Shown here: positions 11,679 to 23,220 of the stretch, piece by piece
How positions within the stretch are numbered: the stretch's first letter is position 1
Layout: every line of letters starts with the position of its first letter
Assembly: GCA_964199315.1 (NCBI GenBank)
Contig: OZ116709.1
Location: 5,518,001-5,582,000, forward strand
DNA from: Orbicella franksi
Lineage: Eukaryota
DNA: 64,000 bases
Direction of reading: 5' to 3'
Position numbers and translations under genes: made by a program
Notes under the pieces: generated by a model
The model's input: only the letters and a program-made list of their open reading frames with translations
The model's database searches: none
What the model was told of the DNA's origin: nothing

Positions 11679-13721
11679 ATGGCTGAACATGAAGGTGTCG
11701 CGCCACTACCACCTGAGGAAACAATGGATTTTGATGACGAAACTTTAAAAGGTGAGGAAACAATAACAAATTTAAGCAGATTACTTTGAAATTTAGCACT
11801 CGAAGGCATTGCTACATGTTAGAATGCAAGTTTCAATACCAAATTTGCTATGATGATGTGCAGTGCAGTTAAACCCAAGTTAAGGTAACTTGCAGGCTAT
11901 GAGACGAAATACCGCCACGTCTTTTTGAGCCTTGTACCCTAACAGTGTTTCGATTCGCCTCTTTTAGCAATAGCAGAGGTTTTCATGAATCAAGGTGATG
12001 AGGAATACAGCAAGGACGATTTTAGAAACGCCACTGACTTCTACACAGACGGAATTAACGTGAACTGCAAAGATGAAGAACTAAACGCCAAACTGTACAG
12101 TAACAGGGGGACAGTACAGTTTCTTAGGGGTGAGTACTTTTTCATTCATTTGTAAACTTTTCTGTTTTGCTCGTTTTACATATGCGTCATTCCTTGGTCC
12201 ATATAAGGCCTGACGTCAAATTTTTTCAAACATGTAGATGTCCATAGAAACTTACAGGTGTCTTGACAACTGAAATAACTAGTACTAAAACAATATATTT
12301 TGTGGTGGCCAGACTCTCGTTAATTTCTGTAATAAGGGAATCTTATATTGAAACAAATTTATTCTGACACGGGACAACGCTTCGTCTCATTGTTTGTCTT
12401 CCTCTCTTTCCTCTTGTGATTCGCCTTTTTCTTTCCTTAGTTTTCATTTTCCAATTTTATCGCCTCTGTGCATTGCTCAATCTATCTCACAACTGTTTTT
12501 AATTTGTTCACAGAGAATTATTATGATTCACTGAGTGATGCCCAATCTGCCACTGAATTGCAGCCAACTTATCTCAAGGCCATTGTTATAGGTGAGGTTT
12601 AGAACAGTTTATCGCGTGTTTTCCATGCCCTGAAGACCAAAACCATGAAACTCAAAAGGAAGTTTTATCAAGAACTGCAACGGTAGTGTTTTGTAAACAA
12701 GACTATTATTACTCATTCTAGTCAGGAGCTAATTTTAATCTCCTTTGAATTTGTTGAATAAAATTGATCACGTTATGACGCAGGATAAAAGAAGGTCATC
12801 TTGATCAAAACGACCATTTTAGGATAAAAACCAGCTGCAGACATAAATATATGTGCCATGCTTGATGTCATTCATGCACATTATCATAATTTCTTTTAAT
12901 TCTATACCCCAGTCACGCAGGAACACGTAAACTTAGTCACTGTTGTATGCATGTAGTTCATAGCGCAATTCATTTTTGCGTGTTGCAACAATAATGCGAA
13001 GGTCGAAACACTGACACTTTGCAAGGTTTCTTTACAATGGCTTGCCTTGTAAACTCGACTGCAATGATTTTTTCAAGAATCAGATATTCCTTTATTTGTT
13101 CTTAGGGGCGAGTGCCTGTGCTCATCTGTACCAGTTTGAAGAAGCCATCACGTGGTGTGATAGGGGATTAGCAGTATCCTTTTTACATCATTCCGATCAA
13201 TGATCGTAGCATGAAAAGTATTTAAGCATTTTCTTTGTACTCAAACATAACAGGCGAAATGATATAAAGCAATTTCTTAAAGAAATTTCATCCCTCACGG
13301 CTCCACACAAACTCAAAACGTTCACATTGCCAGCCTCTATCTATGCACAAAATCTAAGCAAATGTATGTTTTAAGCTTCTCGAGTAGTTCCTTAAAAGTA
13401 CCACCTTTAAGTCAGAGCTTCCCTAAATCTTTAGGAAACAACTTTGGGAATATTCCGGTGACATATATAGGCTGTTACTGGATTGGTATTCGTTATCCTC
13501 CTTATTCCATTTTCGTGTTATTTTATCACCACTACTTACCGAGAAAGTTTCTTAAAAATGACAAATGATGCGTTATATTCTTTAACTGTCGGAAGATTGA
13601 CAAGGATAACGAGTATTTGTTGGAATTAAGGACAAGGTGTGTCGAGAAACAAAACAAGCTGCAGGAAACAGGCCGGGACAAAGGGACGAGTCAGTCAGAA
13701 ACACAAAGTGAGACAGGCACG
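11679..13721 (+). CDS. 5' exons of the TPR-CHAT gene: TTC4/Cns1-like 3-TPR module
   Basis: Phase-consistent exons 11679-11751, 11968-12129, 12514-12591, 13106-13173, 13596-13721 give MAEHEG...AIAEVFMNQGDEEYSKDDFRNATDFYTDGINVNCKDEELNAKLYSNRGTVQFLRENYYDSLSDAQSATELQPTYLKAIVIGASACAHLYQFEEAITWCDRGLAIDKDNEYLLELRTRC. This aligns by eye with the TTC4 TPR region. Ends at a phase-0 donor ACG|GTAGGT. Confidence 0.8.
13174..13595 (+). other. U12-type (minor spliceosome) GT-AG intron
   Basis: 5' end GTATCCTTT (exact U12 consensus); branch site TTCTTTAAC at 13578-13586, about 10 nt before the AG; no polypyrimidine tract. Confidence 0.85.
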
Positions 13722-14766
13722 GTAGGTTAATAAATCGCGCGTATGAAAATTTTTAAATTACAGTAATGAATTGAATGTCATATCCAGTATCAAATGACAG
13801 AAATCAAGTTCTTGTCAGTTGAATCTACTAGCTGTGAAACTATTTTGTTTTTTGGAATTAGTCAGGTGAATGCCATTTGAATAGAACTTCACAGGATCGG
13901 AGGAACGAGTGTATTAAACAGATGTCCCAACTAAATCATTTAGAAGTTGAGAGAACCTACGTAGGTAATAGTCTTCAGGTCACTGACAAAATTATTCGGT
14001 TGTGTACAGATTTTGAATCGTCAGAGCGTTAAAAAGAAAGTATACCACACCAATGGTCAGTGGCAATTTTCTTGTACGAGCCGTCATTTGAAGGAGGCAG
14101 ATTATTTGCAAAGCTACCGTTAGGGGTGTAAACTCTAAAAACATATATGTCATCAGGCTAAACTGTGTCGCTAAAGTCTACAATTTTGATTCTGTCTTCT
14201 AAATCAATTGCTCAGGCCTTTGAAAAGCTGATATATGATGTTGGGAAAGTAAACATCAAATTACTGTATAAGACATTTCAACAATTATAGAAAACTTTTT
14301 GACTCAAAACTCAGTGAAAGAAATCCTCAATTCCTTCTTACAAAGTAATTTACGTACAAAAAAGATGAACAAGAAATAAAACAGATGATATAACGAAAAA
14401 AAAAAAATTCAATAGCCTAAACGTTAACGTCTAGAAAAGAACAGTTGTTGAATAGGGTTTATTTTTTCTACTCGCCTTACAGAGCTTGGAACGTTCCGGA
14501 CGTTTTGGAATTTTGGCCTAATCTAAGCGACTGCAGTCTTAGAAATGGTGACTTCTAGAGGGATCATTTTAAATTGTCCTGAGCAAATTTGATGAAATGA
14601 TGTGACATGAGAAACGATCACCATCACTGTGTCCTCTCACTGTGATGGTATAGGCACCTGAGTATTCAGGGATTCAAAAGCATACTTAAATAAGTTCAAA
14701 ACTATCTCTTTCCTGGCGTTTGCATTGTAACTCATATTTAAAGTACCTATTTGCTTAACCCATTAA

Positions 14767-16794
14767 AGTGCCACTAACCCCAAAAGGGTTTTTTTTCCTT
14801 TAATAAAATCTACTAGTTTCCCTGATTACTTCAGCGAAAAAATTATCTCGATTGATAAAATCCCTGCGTTTCTAAAAGCGTTTAAACATGTAATTTCTAT
14901 GTTCACGACCGCGCAAAGTGGGATCTGGGTCAGGCTACTAGTGACGTCACTTCGGGAACCGGACTAAAACACCTAAGAGACTTCTGACAGAGCTTCGAGG
15001 GCAGTCAAAACATTTTCGGGTTATTTGTGACTCATATTTTATCAAAACTGGACAAGAACTTTACGTGAAAGTACTGTATCATCTAGCATTACAATTCGGA
15101 GTCTAGCTACGATTTGGACGGCTGCGAAGTACATATTTTTTCCATTTCGAAGTGCGGGTTGCCAGTCGAGATCACCGCGTTGTATAATTATATTTAGGCC
15201 GGGATCGACAATTTGCCGGTCCATTTGGGTTATAAAGGTACAAACAATGACTGAAGAGTTAGCTTACAGCTCTTAAAGAGTTATAAGGATGTCAATGAAC
15301 ACGTAGAGTTGGTAATTTGACTTTACGGATCGTGCAAATTTCGGAGTGACAAAACACTTTTACATTCAAATATTAATTTCCCCCGAAATACAAGTTAAAA
15401 TGCGATGTAGTCGTACTCCACTCCTGCCTACTTCTCCAGATCAATGATTGAAAATAGTTTTAACATAAGAGATAGGCAGAGATGTGGGCAAACAATATTC
15501 GAAGGCGAGGTAACTTTTCGCCTCGTTATTGTCGACCGACCGTAGTATATTCATATTCAATTACCGTGTACGAACACAAGCTACGCAAATTTGCATATTC
15601 CGTACTAGTGAAATCATGGAAAATGGTTCGACAAGATCTTGGAAAGAGTTTCAGTATACTTTCAGTTCAATGAATACATTTCTACTTCACTGTTATTTTG
15701 AATGAAATGTCCATTTTACGCACGCTAATAACCTGGGAGTCCTCGACTTACTAGTTTGCGTTTCGGTTGACTGACAAGCGCATTCTTCTTTCAGCACAAC
15801 AATCTCCGTCGGAAGCTATAGGGTCGAATCTTAATCGTTTGTTTCACTTTACTCATATATTTATAATGCTTGATCCATTCTAAGTTTGTAATTTAGATGT
15901 ATTTCGTTCCTCAAAGACGAAACTCGAAGAGCAAAACAATTTTGTATTCGGAATGGCCATTGAGAAACACGGCCAGATTACAGGCGACCTCTGGCGTGCG
16001 TGTGTTTTTATTAAAATCCACAAATACATAGCTAGTTCACCAGTTCGGAGCCTCAACAATCTTCTTCGCGTCGTTGTAGAACGTAGGTTTAGTTTACTAT
16101 TCGTTTAGACAAGTCTCTATTTCAAAACGCGATGCGTTTAATTTACCGTGTAATTTCGTCACCTGTAGTTTCGTCTGAGACTCGCGTCGGAGGATCGTTT
16201 GCGCTCGAAATAGTCAGATGGCTTCAAGCTTATCCCAAATTCGTATCTTATGCAGTACCTTGACAATTTCAAGCTTCCCACTAGAGATAGAGAAGAATAT
16301 ACAGGCCATGAAAATCTCTAGGTTTTTATAGTAGTGGCGAACCCGAGATCGAAGAAATCCTCAATGACTCCCCGGCTTTAGCTTTGCACAGATCAGCCCA
16401 CTTCTTTGGTCTTTTTCTCGTTTCTGGTAGAGTTTCAACGAGATAGAGGTATTGAATGAAGAGGAATACTCTATTCTACGCATCCTGTATTGCTACAGCC
16501 TCCAACAACATATCTTCCTTGCATTCTACAACGATTTTGACACACACTATCGCACGTTCATATGCATTCTTCTCAGAGACAAAATATTGTTATTCCCGAA
16601 GTGACGTCAAAAGCCAACTCGTCCCATTCTCCGCTATTCCTCGGTCGTGAACATGGAAAAGGGCAAATTTACAAACTTTAAAAATTCATAGAAAATTAAC
16701 GAAAATAGCTAAAACGATAATTTCTTCACAGTGGTGATCAGGAGAAAAAGGAAATTTATATTAGCCAAAAAAAATTTGGGGGGCTAGTGGCACT
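14767..16794. mobile_element. Second non-autonomous Kolobok-like element (TTAA TSD) in the long intron of the TPR-CHAT gene
   Basis: TTAA at 14763-14766 and 16795-16798; TIR AGTGCCACTAACCCC / GGGGCTAGTGGCACT. Decayed THAP on - from ATG 16524 (MQGRYVVGGCSN...LHSIP...KKWADLCK...RYEFGISLKPS). Weak ballast-like remnants on + (CIIIFRPGSTICRSIWV at 15181-15231; KLRKFAYSVLVKSW...LGK near 15580-15640). Confidence 0.75.
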
Positions 16795-16883
16795 TTAAGT
16801 GGAAAGGGTACCGCGAAACATGGCAATCTGCCAATCACATTGCTTCCGATAGGAAATCAAATCAAACAACGTTTATCCTACAG

Positions 16884-19800
16884 GTAGATACTTCCTCTCA
16901 ACAAGCAACCGACTTGACTTCACAAAATGTTCACATCGCTAAACACTTTAGCCCAGGTGTTAAAGCTCTAAGCTACTACAGCCTTCGTCTTGACATGGCG
17001 AAAGAAATGGGAGACAAAACACGCGTAGGAGATGCGCTTGGCAAACTTGGCGATGCTTATCAAGTTCTCGGTGCTGTCAAAAAAGCCATGGACTGTCATG
17101 AGGAACAACTAAGAATTGCAAAAGAAGTCAGAGACAAGACTGCCGAAGGAAGAGCGTATTCCAACATCGGCAGTGCTTATCAATGTCTCGGCGATTTCAA
17201 AAGAGCAGCGGACTGCCACGTCGCAAGTCTTCGTATCGCCAGAGAAGTAAAGGACAAACGTGCAGAAGGAGCTGCATATGGCAATATCGGCAAAGCTTAT
17301 CAAAGCCTCGGTGATGTCAGAAATGCCATGAATTACCACAGACGACATCTGAAAATTGCCAGAGACGTGAATGACAAGGCTGGACTAGGAACTGCCATTG
17401 GCCACCTCGGCAACGCTTACCAAAGTCTCGGTGATTATAAAATGGCCATAGACTATCACAACGAACAGCTTAAAATTGCAAAGGAAATAGGAAAGACGAC
17501 TGTAGAAGCACATGCATATGGCGGTCTAGGCAGTGCTTATCAAGGCCTTGGCAATTTCAAAGAAGCCATAGAGTACCACAGGCGCCATCTCATCATCATA
17601 AAAGACGTGGGCGACAAGTCTGGGATAGGACCCGCCTTGGGGCTTATTGGAAACGCTTATCATGGTCTCCGTGATTTCAAAATGGCCATGGACTACCATG
17701 AAAAACATCTTACAATTGCTAAAGAAGCAGGAGACAAGGCTGGGGAAGGAACTGCGTATGGCAATCTCGGCAATGTTGTTCAAGATCTCGGCGATTACTC
17801 ACAAGCCATAGAGTACCACAGCCGCCATCTTACTATTGCTAAAGAAGTGGGCGACAAGAGTGGAGAAGGACGGGCCTATGGAAACCTTGGAAGGGCCTCT
17901 CAGGGAGTCGGCGACTTTGTAAAGGCAATAGACTACCACAAACTGCATCTAAGCATTGCCAATAAGATGGGCAACAAGGCCGGAGAAGGTACTGCGTATG
18001 GCCATATTGGCAGTGCTTATCAGGGTCTCGGTGATTTCAAAACAGCTCTACACTACCACAAGCTACATCTCAAAATTGCGAAAGATCTGGACAACAAGAA
18101 AATGGAAGGAGCTGCGTACGGAAACCTAGGCAAGGCATACCAGAGTCTCGGTGATTCCAGAAAAGCCATAGATTATCACAGGCTAAATCTTGCTATTGCT
18201 AAAGAAGTGGGAGACAGAGCTGGAGAAGGAGCTGCATATGGCAATCTTGGAAGGGCAAATCACGGCCTCGGTGATTTCCAAAAAGCTATTGACTATCACA
18301 GCCAACATCTCAATGTTTCCAAAGAAATGGGAGACAAAGCGGGAGAAGGAGCTGCGTATAGTCAACTTGGCAAAGCTTACCAAGGTCGCAGCGATTTCCA
18401 GAAAGCCCTTTACTACCACAACCTACATCTTGCAATTTCCCAAGAAATGGGAGACAAGGCTGGGAAAGGAACTGCGCATGGCAATATTGGCGTTGTTTAT
18501 CAAAGTCTCGGTGATGTCTATACAGCCATAGAACACCACAACCTACACCTCGAAATTGCCAAAGAAGTTGGAGACCAAGGTGGGGAAGGTGCTGCGTACG
18601 GCAATCTTGGCAATGCTTTCAGTGGTCTCGGAAAATTCAGAAAAGCCGTGGATTACTTCAACCGACAACTTAGTATTGCCAAAAACATTTCAGACATGCC
18701 TGGAGAAGGAGCTGCGTATGGAAACCTTGGCAATGTTTGGCAAAAGCTTGGTGCCTTCAGAAAGGCTATGCACTACCACTACCTACATCTTAGAAGTGCC
18801 AAAGACGCAGGAGACGAGGCTGATGAAGGAGCTTCCTGTGGCCACCTTGGAATTGTTTTTCAAAGCCTCGGCGATTTCAATAAAGCCATACATTACCAAA
18901 ACAAGCAACTTAGATGCGCCAAAAAAGTAAGAGACAAGGCTGGAGAAGGTAATGCCTATCACGCAATCAGTTGCAGCTTTGAATCACAGTGCCTCTTACA
19001 TGATGCTCTAGAAAACAGCCAGTTGAGCGTAGAAGCATTCAATAATGTCAGAAGTCTTCTTCAATCTGAAGATAAATGGAAGATTGACTTCAGAAAGAAA
19101 TGCAATGATTCGTACACTGCTCTGAGAAGAATTCTCTTGAAGCGAGACAGAATCGTTGAAGCACTGTTTGCTGCAGAATCAGGACGAGCCCAAGCCCTGA
19201 GTGATCTTCTCGTATCGCAATACGGCCTCCAAGAAAGTCAGACGGCGTCGATTGAAAAAGAAACGTACTTGGAGAAGTTAAGCTTCAGTTCGTCTAGTAT
19301 TGTCTTTCTGGTTGTTTCCCCAGGAGTGGTTGATGCCTGGGTACTTTCCAAAGGAAAGGATATCCATTACAGCAAAAAGGAACTTGATGGAGCCTACACC
19401 ATTGAGTCGTTAATAGAAGATGCGCGTCGGGACACTGGTGTGGAACTAAGGAGAAAGCATTCCCAGGACTCCTTGCCATCACGCAACTTCACCAAAACGA
19501 GGTCGGAAAATCCTTTAGTATCGTTGTATAACAATGTTATTGGCCCAATTGCAGACCTGGTTCAAGGAGACGAATTGATCATTGTCCCAGATGGACCACT
19601 GTGGCTAGCTCCGTACCCTGCTTTCGTAGACGGTGATTCAAAGTACCTGAGTGAATCGTTTAGAATCCGGCTGATTCCATCGCTGACCAGTTTGAAACTG
19701 ATTGCTGAATGTCCAGAAAGCTACCACAACAAGAATGGCGCTCTACTTGTCGGAGATCCATGGGTAGAGGAAATCAACCTAGAGAGGAGACGAAAAATCC

Positions 19801-20381
19801 CTTCACTTCCATTTGCTAAAAAAGAAGTGGAAATGATCGGAAAAATTCTCAAGGTGACGCCTCTTGTTGGAAAAGAGGCCACGAAGGCTGAGGTGCTTAA
19901 AAGGCTCGGCTCGGTTGCTTTAGTGCACATCGCAGCGCATATCCACAAGGAAAATGGCGAGATTATCCTTTCCCCGAACCTAGAACAAGCATCCTGTATC
20001 CCCAAACCAGAAGACTGCAGTCTAACAATGGAAGATGTATCAAGAATCACAATTCGAGCAAGACTGGTTGTTCTAAGTTACTCTCACAGTTCTCGAGGGG
20101 AGATCAACCCCGAAGGTGTGGTCGGTATCGCTCGGGCCTTCATGGGTGCTGGTGCCCGCTCTGTTCTGGTGTCACAGTGGAGATTGTTTGATGGCGAGAA
20201 CATGCTGGTCTTCATGGAAATCTTCTATCGTAACCTTATAGATGGGAGAAGTGCAAGTGAGTCTTTGAACCAGACCATGAAATCTCTCAGAGAGTCAGAG
20301 AAGTACAGTGATGTGAAATTCTGGGCGCCTTTTGTACTCATTGGCGATGACGTCACGCTTGACTTCGAGGAGAAAAACTGA
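16884..20381 (+). CDS. Terminal coding exon of a TTC28-like TPR-array + CHAT domain protein
   Basis: Acceptor CCTACAG| at 16883, in frame with the 1155-aa ORF. Sixteen full 40-aa repeats (consensus AGEGxAYGNLGxAYQxLGDFxKAIxYHxxHLxIAKExGDK) plus a degenerate one, then a CHAT domain (ELIIVPDGPLWLAPY, LVHIAAH, ARLVVLS, GIARAFMGAGARSVLVSQW, WAPFVLIG). Confidence 0.92.
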   Translation, partial: VDTSSQQATDLTSQNVHIAKHFSPGVKALSYYSLRLDMAKEMGDKTRVGDALGKLGDAYQVLGAVKKAMDCHEEQLRIAKEVRDKTAEGRAYSNIGSAYQCLGDFKRAADCHVASLRIAREVKDKRAEGAAYGNIGKAYQSLGDVRNAMNYHRRHLKIARDVNDKAGLGTAIGHLGNAYQSLGDYKMAIDYHNEQLKIAKEIGKTTVEAHAYGGLGSAYQGLGNFKEAIEYHRRHLIIIKDVGDKSGIGPALGLIGNAYHGLRDFKMAMDYHEKHLTIAKEAGDKAGEGTAYGNLGNVVQDLGDYSQAIEYHSRHLTIAKEVGDKSGEGRAYGNLGRASQGVGDFVKAIDYHKLHLSIANKMGNKAGEGTAYGHIGSAYQGLGDFKTALHYHKLHLKIAKDLDNKKMEGAAYGNLGKAYQSLGDSRKAIDYHRLNLAIAKEVGDRAGEGAAYGNLGRANHGLGDFQKAIDYHSQHLNVSKEMGDKAGEGAAYSQLGKAYQGRSDFQKALYYHNLHLAISQEMGDKAGKGTAHGNIGVVYQSLGDVYTAIEHHNLHLEIAKEVGDQGGEGAAYGNLGNAFSGLGKFRKAVDYFNRQLSIAKNISDMPGEGAAYGNLGNVWQKLGAFRKAMHYHYLHLRSAKDAGDEADEGASCGHLGIVFQSLGDFNKAIHYQNKQLRCAKKVRDKAGEGNAYHAISCSFESQCLLHDALENSQLSVEAFNNVRSLLQSEDKWKIDFRKKCNDSYTALRRILLKRDRIVEALFAAESGRAQALSDLLVSQYGLQESQTASIEKETYLEKLSFSSSSIVFLVVSPGVVDAWVLSKGKDIHYSKKELDGAYTIESLIEDARRDTGVELRRKHSQDSLPSRNFTKTRSENPLVSLYNNVIGPIADLVQGDELIIVPDGPLWLAPYPAFVDGDSKYLSESFRIRLIPSLTSLKLIAECPESYHNKNGALLVGDPWVEEINLERRRKIPSLPFAKKEVEMIGKILKVTPLVGKEATKAEVLKRLGSVALVHIAAHIHKENGEIILSPNLEQASCIPKPEDCSLTMEDVSRITIRARLVVLSYSHSSRGEINPEGVVGIARAFMGAGARSVLVSQWRLFDGENMLVFMEIFYRNLIDGRSASESLNQTMKSLRESEKYSDVKFWAPFVLIGDDVTLDFEEKN

Positions 20382-22263
20382 GGTAATTCTCCCTTTTACA
20401 GTGGTAAAGACCCAGTGGAGAAATGCTTGCGTCACATGTATTACTTTTCAGTTGCCCTTAACCAACATAAATTACCATTAACCGAAATTATTACCCGACT
20501 AATGGTTGAACCGAAAAAACTTACCAAATCATGTTCAGACTCACTGTTTTAGTCTCGTGAGTGGGATATTTCTGAGATTCAAAGTCTGTTACCTTTCAGA
20601 TGTTAGAAACGCCCTCGAAACCTCTTTTCCAAAATAATGCCATGGGTGGCAAATTACTCCTTAATTTTGGCGCCAAATTTCAGCGTTAATTTATAATTTT
20701 GCACGTGAAATGTAATTAAAATTACCATGACAACGTTTGGCGCGAAACTTCTCGATATAATAAACAAGTCAAATGCCCACGATTGTAAGCGCGATTTGTC
20801 ACCCACGATTTTAAAAGGTAATCAAATGCTACATTCGTGAAATTATTTCCTAATTTCACTCGGCACCATTTGATGACCCATGCCTGTGGTTGTTTAGCCG
20901 TCTTTTTTTAATAGCCAATAGAACAGCTTTACTAGTTCTTTATTGTTTAAATTTGTAAATTTCACTTTCGAGGATGTGGTAAATTTTTTACAGTGGAATT
21001 GCTGAGTGGCTTCTTATGGTCGATTCCGGTCATGCTTTATTCATGTTTTTTTTCGTTTTAGGTTCCAGACGAATGTGTTTGCTGACTGAAAAGTAACTTT
21101 GCCATCCTTGTGTTACTTGAAAGTTAACCGAGTTTGTCAAGAAGCGTCAATAGTTGGAAGAGGAGCAAAACTCTAAACTATACTGCTAACATCAAAGACA
21201 ATTTCCAATGCAAACCGTAATCAAAAGAGGAACCTCGCTGACAACACTTTTTTAAACGAAGGTTTTAATAATAGATAAACAAATTTACAGTTACGTGAGA
21301 ACAAGGCCAGACAGATTAATAGCGAAGTTTCAGTGTCTTAATTCTTAGATTTTTAAGTTAGAGCAAGCCAAGGAGAAACGAATTTATTCGTACAAAATGC
21401 TAAATACGAATTTTTTCGTTACATGTCTTGATGTTATTGGATGAACACCTTCAAACGAGTAAGGTGACCATGTGTAATATAACATCTGTATCCGCTGCAC
21501 AAACAAATAACTGTTTTGAACAACTGGTTCAAATGGGACTTTCTGTTTCAGTTGTATTTCACTTTCTAACTTGTTACTGAGCATTTTTGAATAATGTAGC
21601 TTCACCTCTCATTATTGCATAATTATTCATCGCGAGCTAGCAGAAAGTGTCGATTCTGTTTTAATTTTTCCTTCTCATATTTATCCCTGGGTATACAGCA
21701 GAGAATGTAATTTTATTTTGCGTGCTTCAAGCATAGATGAAAAAAAAATATATATTTCTTATTCGTTTGACTTATATGACAAAAATGATTCGTTTCTCGA
21801 AGATCAAGCTAGTAACTTTTTTGGCTCAAGTTTGAACGTGCCTCCTGTACTACGATTTTAACTGTAACGAATGAAGAATGTATAACGTCTTTTTGAGGAT
21901 TTTAATATTATAATAATATTATAGAGAACTTATGCAATAACGTAGTTACAGTACAACGATTCCAGTTAGGGTAACCCAACGCTTTCCTAGCAATTGTTCT
22001 GACAGGAGAGTAAGTGATAGCTGGCCTAAGAAGCTAAAAGCTAGATACAGAATTAACATATTTTTAAAACGATACTTAGCTTTTTTTACCTTTCATCTAA
22101 AATTGCGTTACAAATGAATATTAAATACAATGTATTTGTTCCGACTAAATAACGTATTGATGGAAGCTTGAGGTTAATAACAGTGGTAAATTTTTTTGCA
22201 TTATTGGTCCTTTTTTGTGGAGAAACTTAGATTGTTATTAAATAAAATAAACGTGTATGTTAT

Positions 22264-22640
22264 TAGGCCCCGACCATGCATACTAATGCATTTTTAAAAG
22301 TATCCGTTCTCGTCTCGACGAAAGCGAGGCAAAATATTTTCGTCCACACTAGCATTTTCGGTCTGTTTTCACGTGTCCACACTATTTTTCGTATGAAAAC
22401 GCATATTCTTGATATGTCTTCGCTCATCGTCCACACTAAAACACCTGAAAACGCTGATGGAAACGACAGTATGTGACTTTTTTTTCGGCACCGTTTTCAA
22501 ACGCATCCGTTTTCACCTATCCACATTAGAAACGGAGCGTTTTCAAAAGGCTCCACCTTTTTCGAAAGCCTACATTTTTATCAGCGTTTTGGATCGTTTT
22601 AGTGTGGAAGACAGGCGAGAACGCATCAAAGCGTAAGAGT
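22264..22640. mobile_element. Harbinger/PIF-type MITE fragment
   Basis: Begins TAGGCCCCGACCATGCATAC, with repeated GTCCACACTA motifs and an inverted TAGTGTGGA near 22600; right end eroded. Confidence 0.5.
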
Positions 22641-22726
22641 CGCGAACATTTTACTTGTTCCTCGGATTCTTTGTCTCGCCATTGCGGGAATATCAAACTT
22701 GCAAAATACCACACGCACATAACCTC

Positions 22727-23053
22727 TTAAGTAGTCAGTAGGGACACAAGCATAAGCATAAGAAGCTCATACGCTAGTGAGGACGGCTGCAACATAATTA
22801 AGCATAAGCGCTCCTCTTATGTTTATTTATGCTTATGTCGGTGTTATGTTCGGTGAGGACGTGGTTGGCAGCATAAAATGCTCGGTGATTGGCTGAAAGT
22901 CTTTCGCTTATGTTTATGCTTATGCCAACCATGTCCTCACTGGTCACAACAGCAACATAAGGATATGAAGAATGCAAGTTTTGATATTCTTATGCTTATG
23001 CTTATGCTTATGCTTATGCTTATGCTTGTGTCGCAAGTGAGAACCGGACTTTA
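22727..23053. mobile_element. MITE with inverted (GCATAA)n/(TTATGC)n subterminal arrays
   Basis: GACACAAGCATAAGCATAAG at 22743 and CTTATGCTTATGCTTGTGTC ending 23032 are inverted; this explains the HKHKHK ORF at 22944-23195. Confidence 0.65.
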
Positions 23054-23220
23054 ATCTTCTGGGCGCGCGCCTTAGAATTGAACTTAATGAATTAGTGACG
23101 CAACAAACTAACAAAGCTCCTTCAAAACGCAGCCTTGACGACAACAAAGAGAAAATTCCGATGCCTCGCTGTAAAGAGCAAAGTTCTCGTGGCACCGATT
23201 GTCATCTGTAGCACGTAGGA

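Noticed and set aside
13866-13962. Exon-like block in the long TPR-CHAT intron
   Set aside because: Open only in phase 1, incompatible with the flanking phase-0 junctions.
22944-23195. ORF with HKHKHK repeat suggesting a metal-binding peptide
   Set aside because: It is the translation of the (TTATGC)n arm of a MITE.
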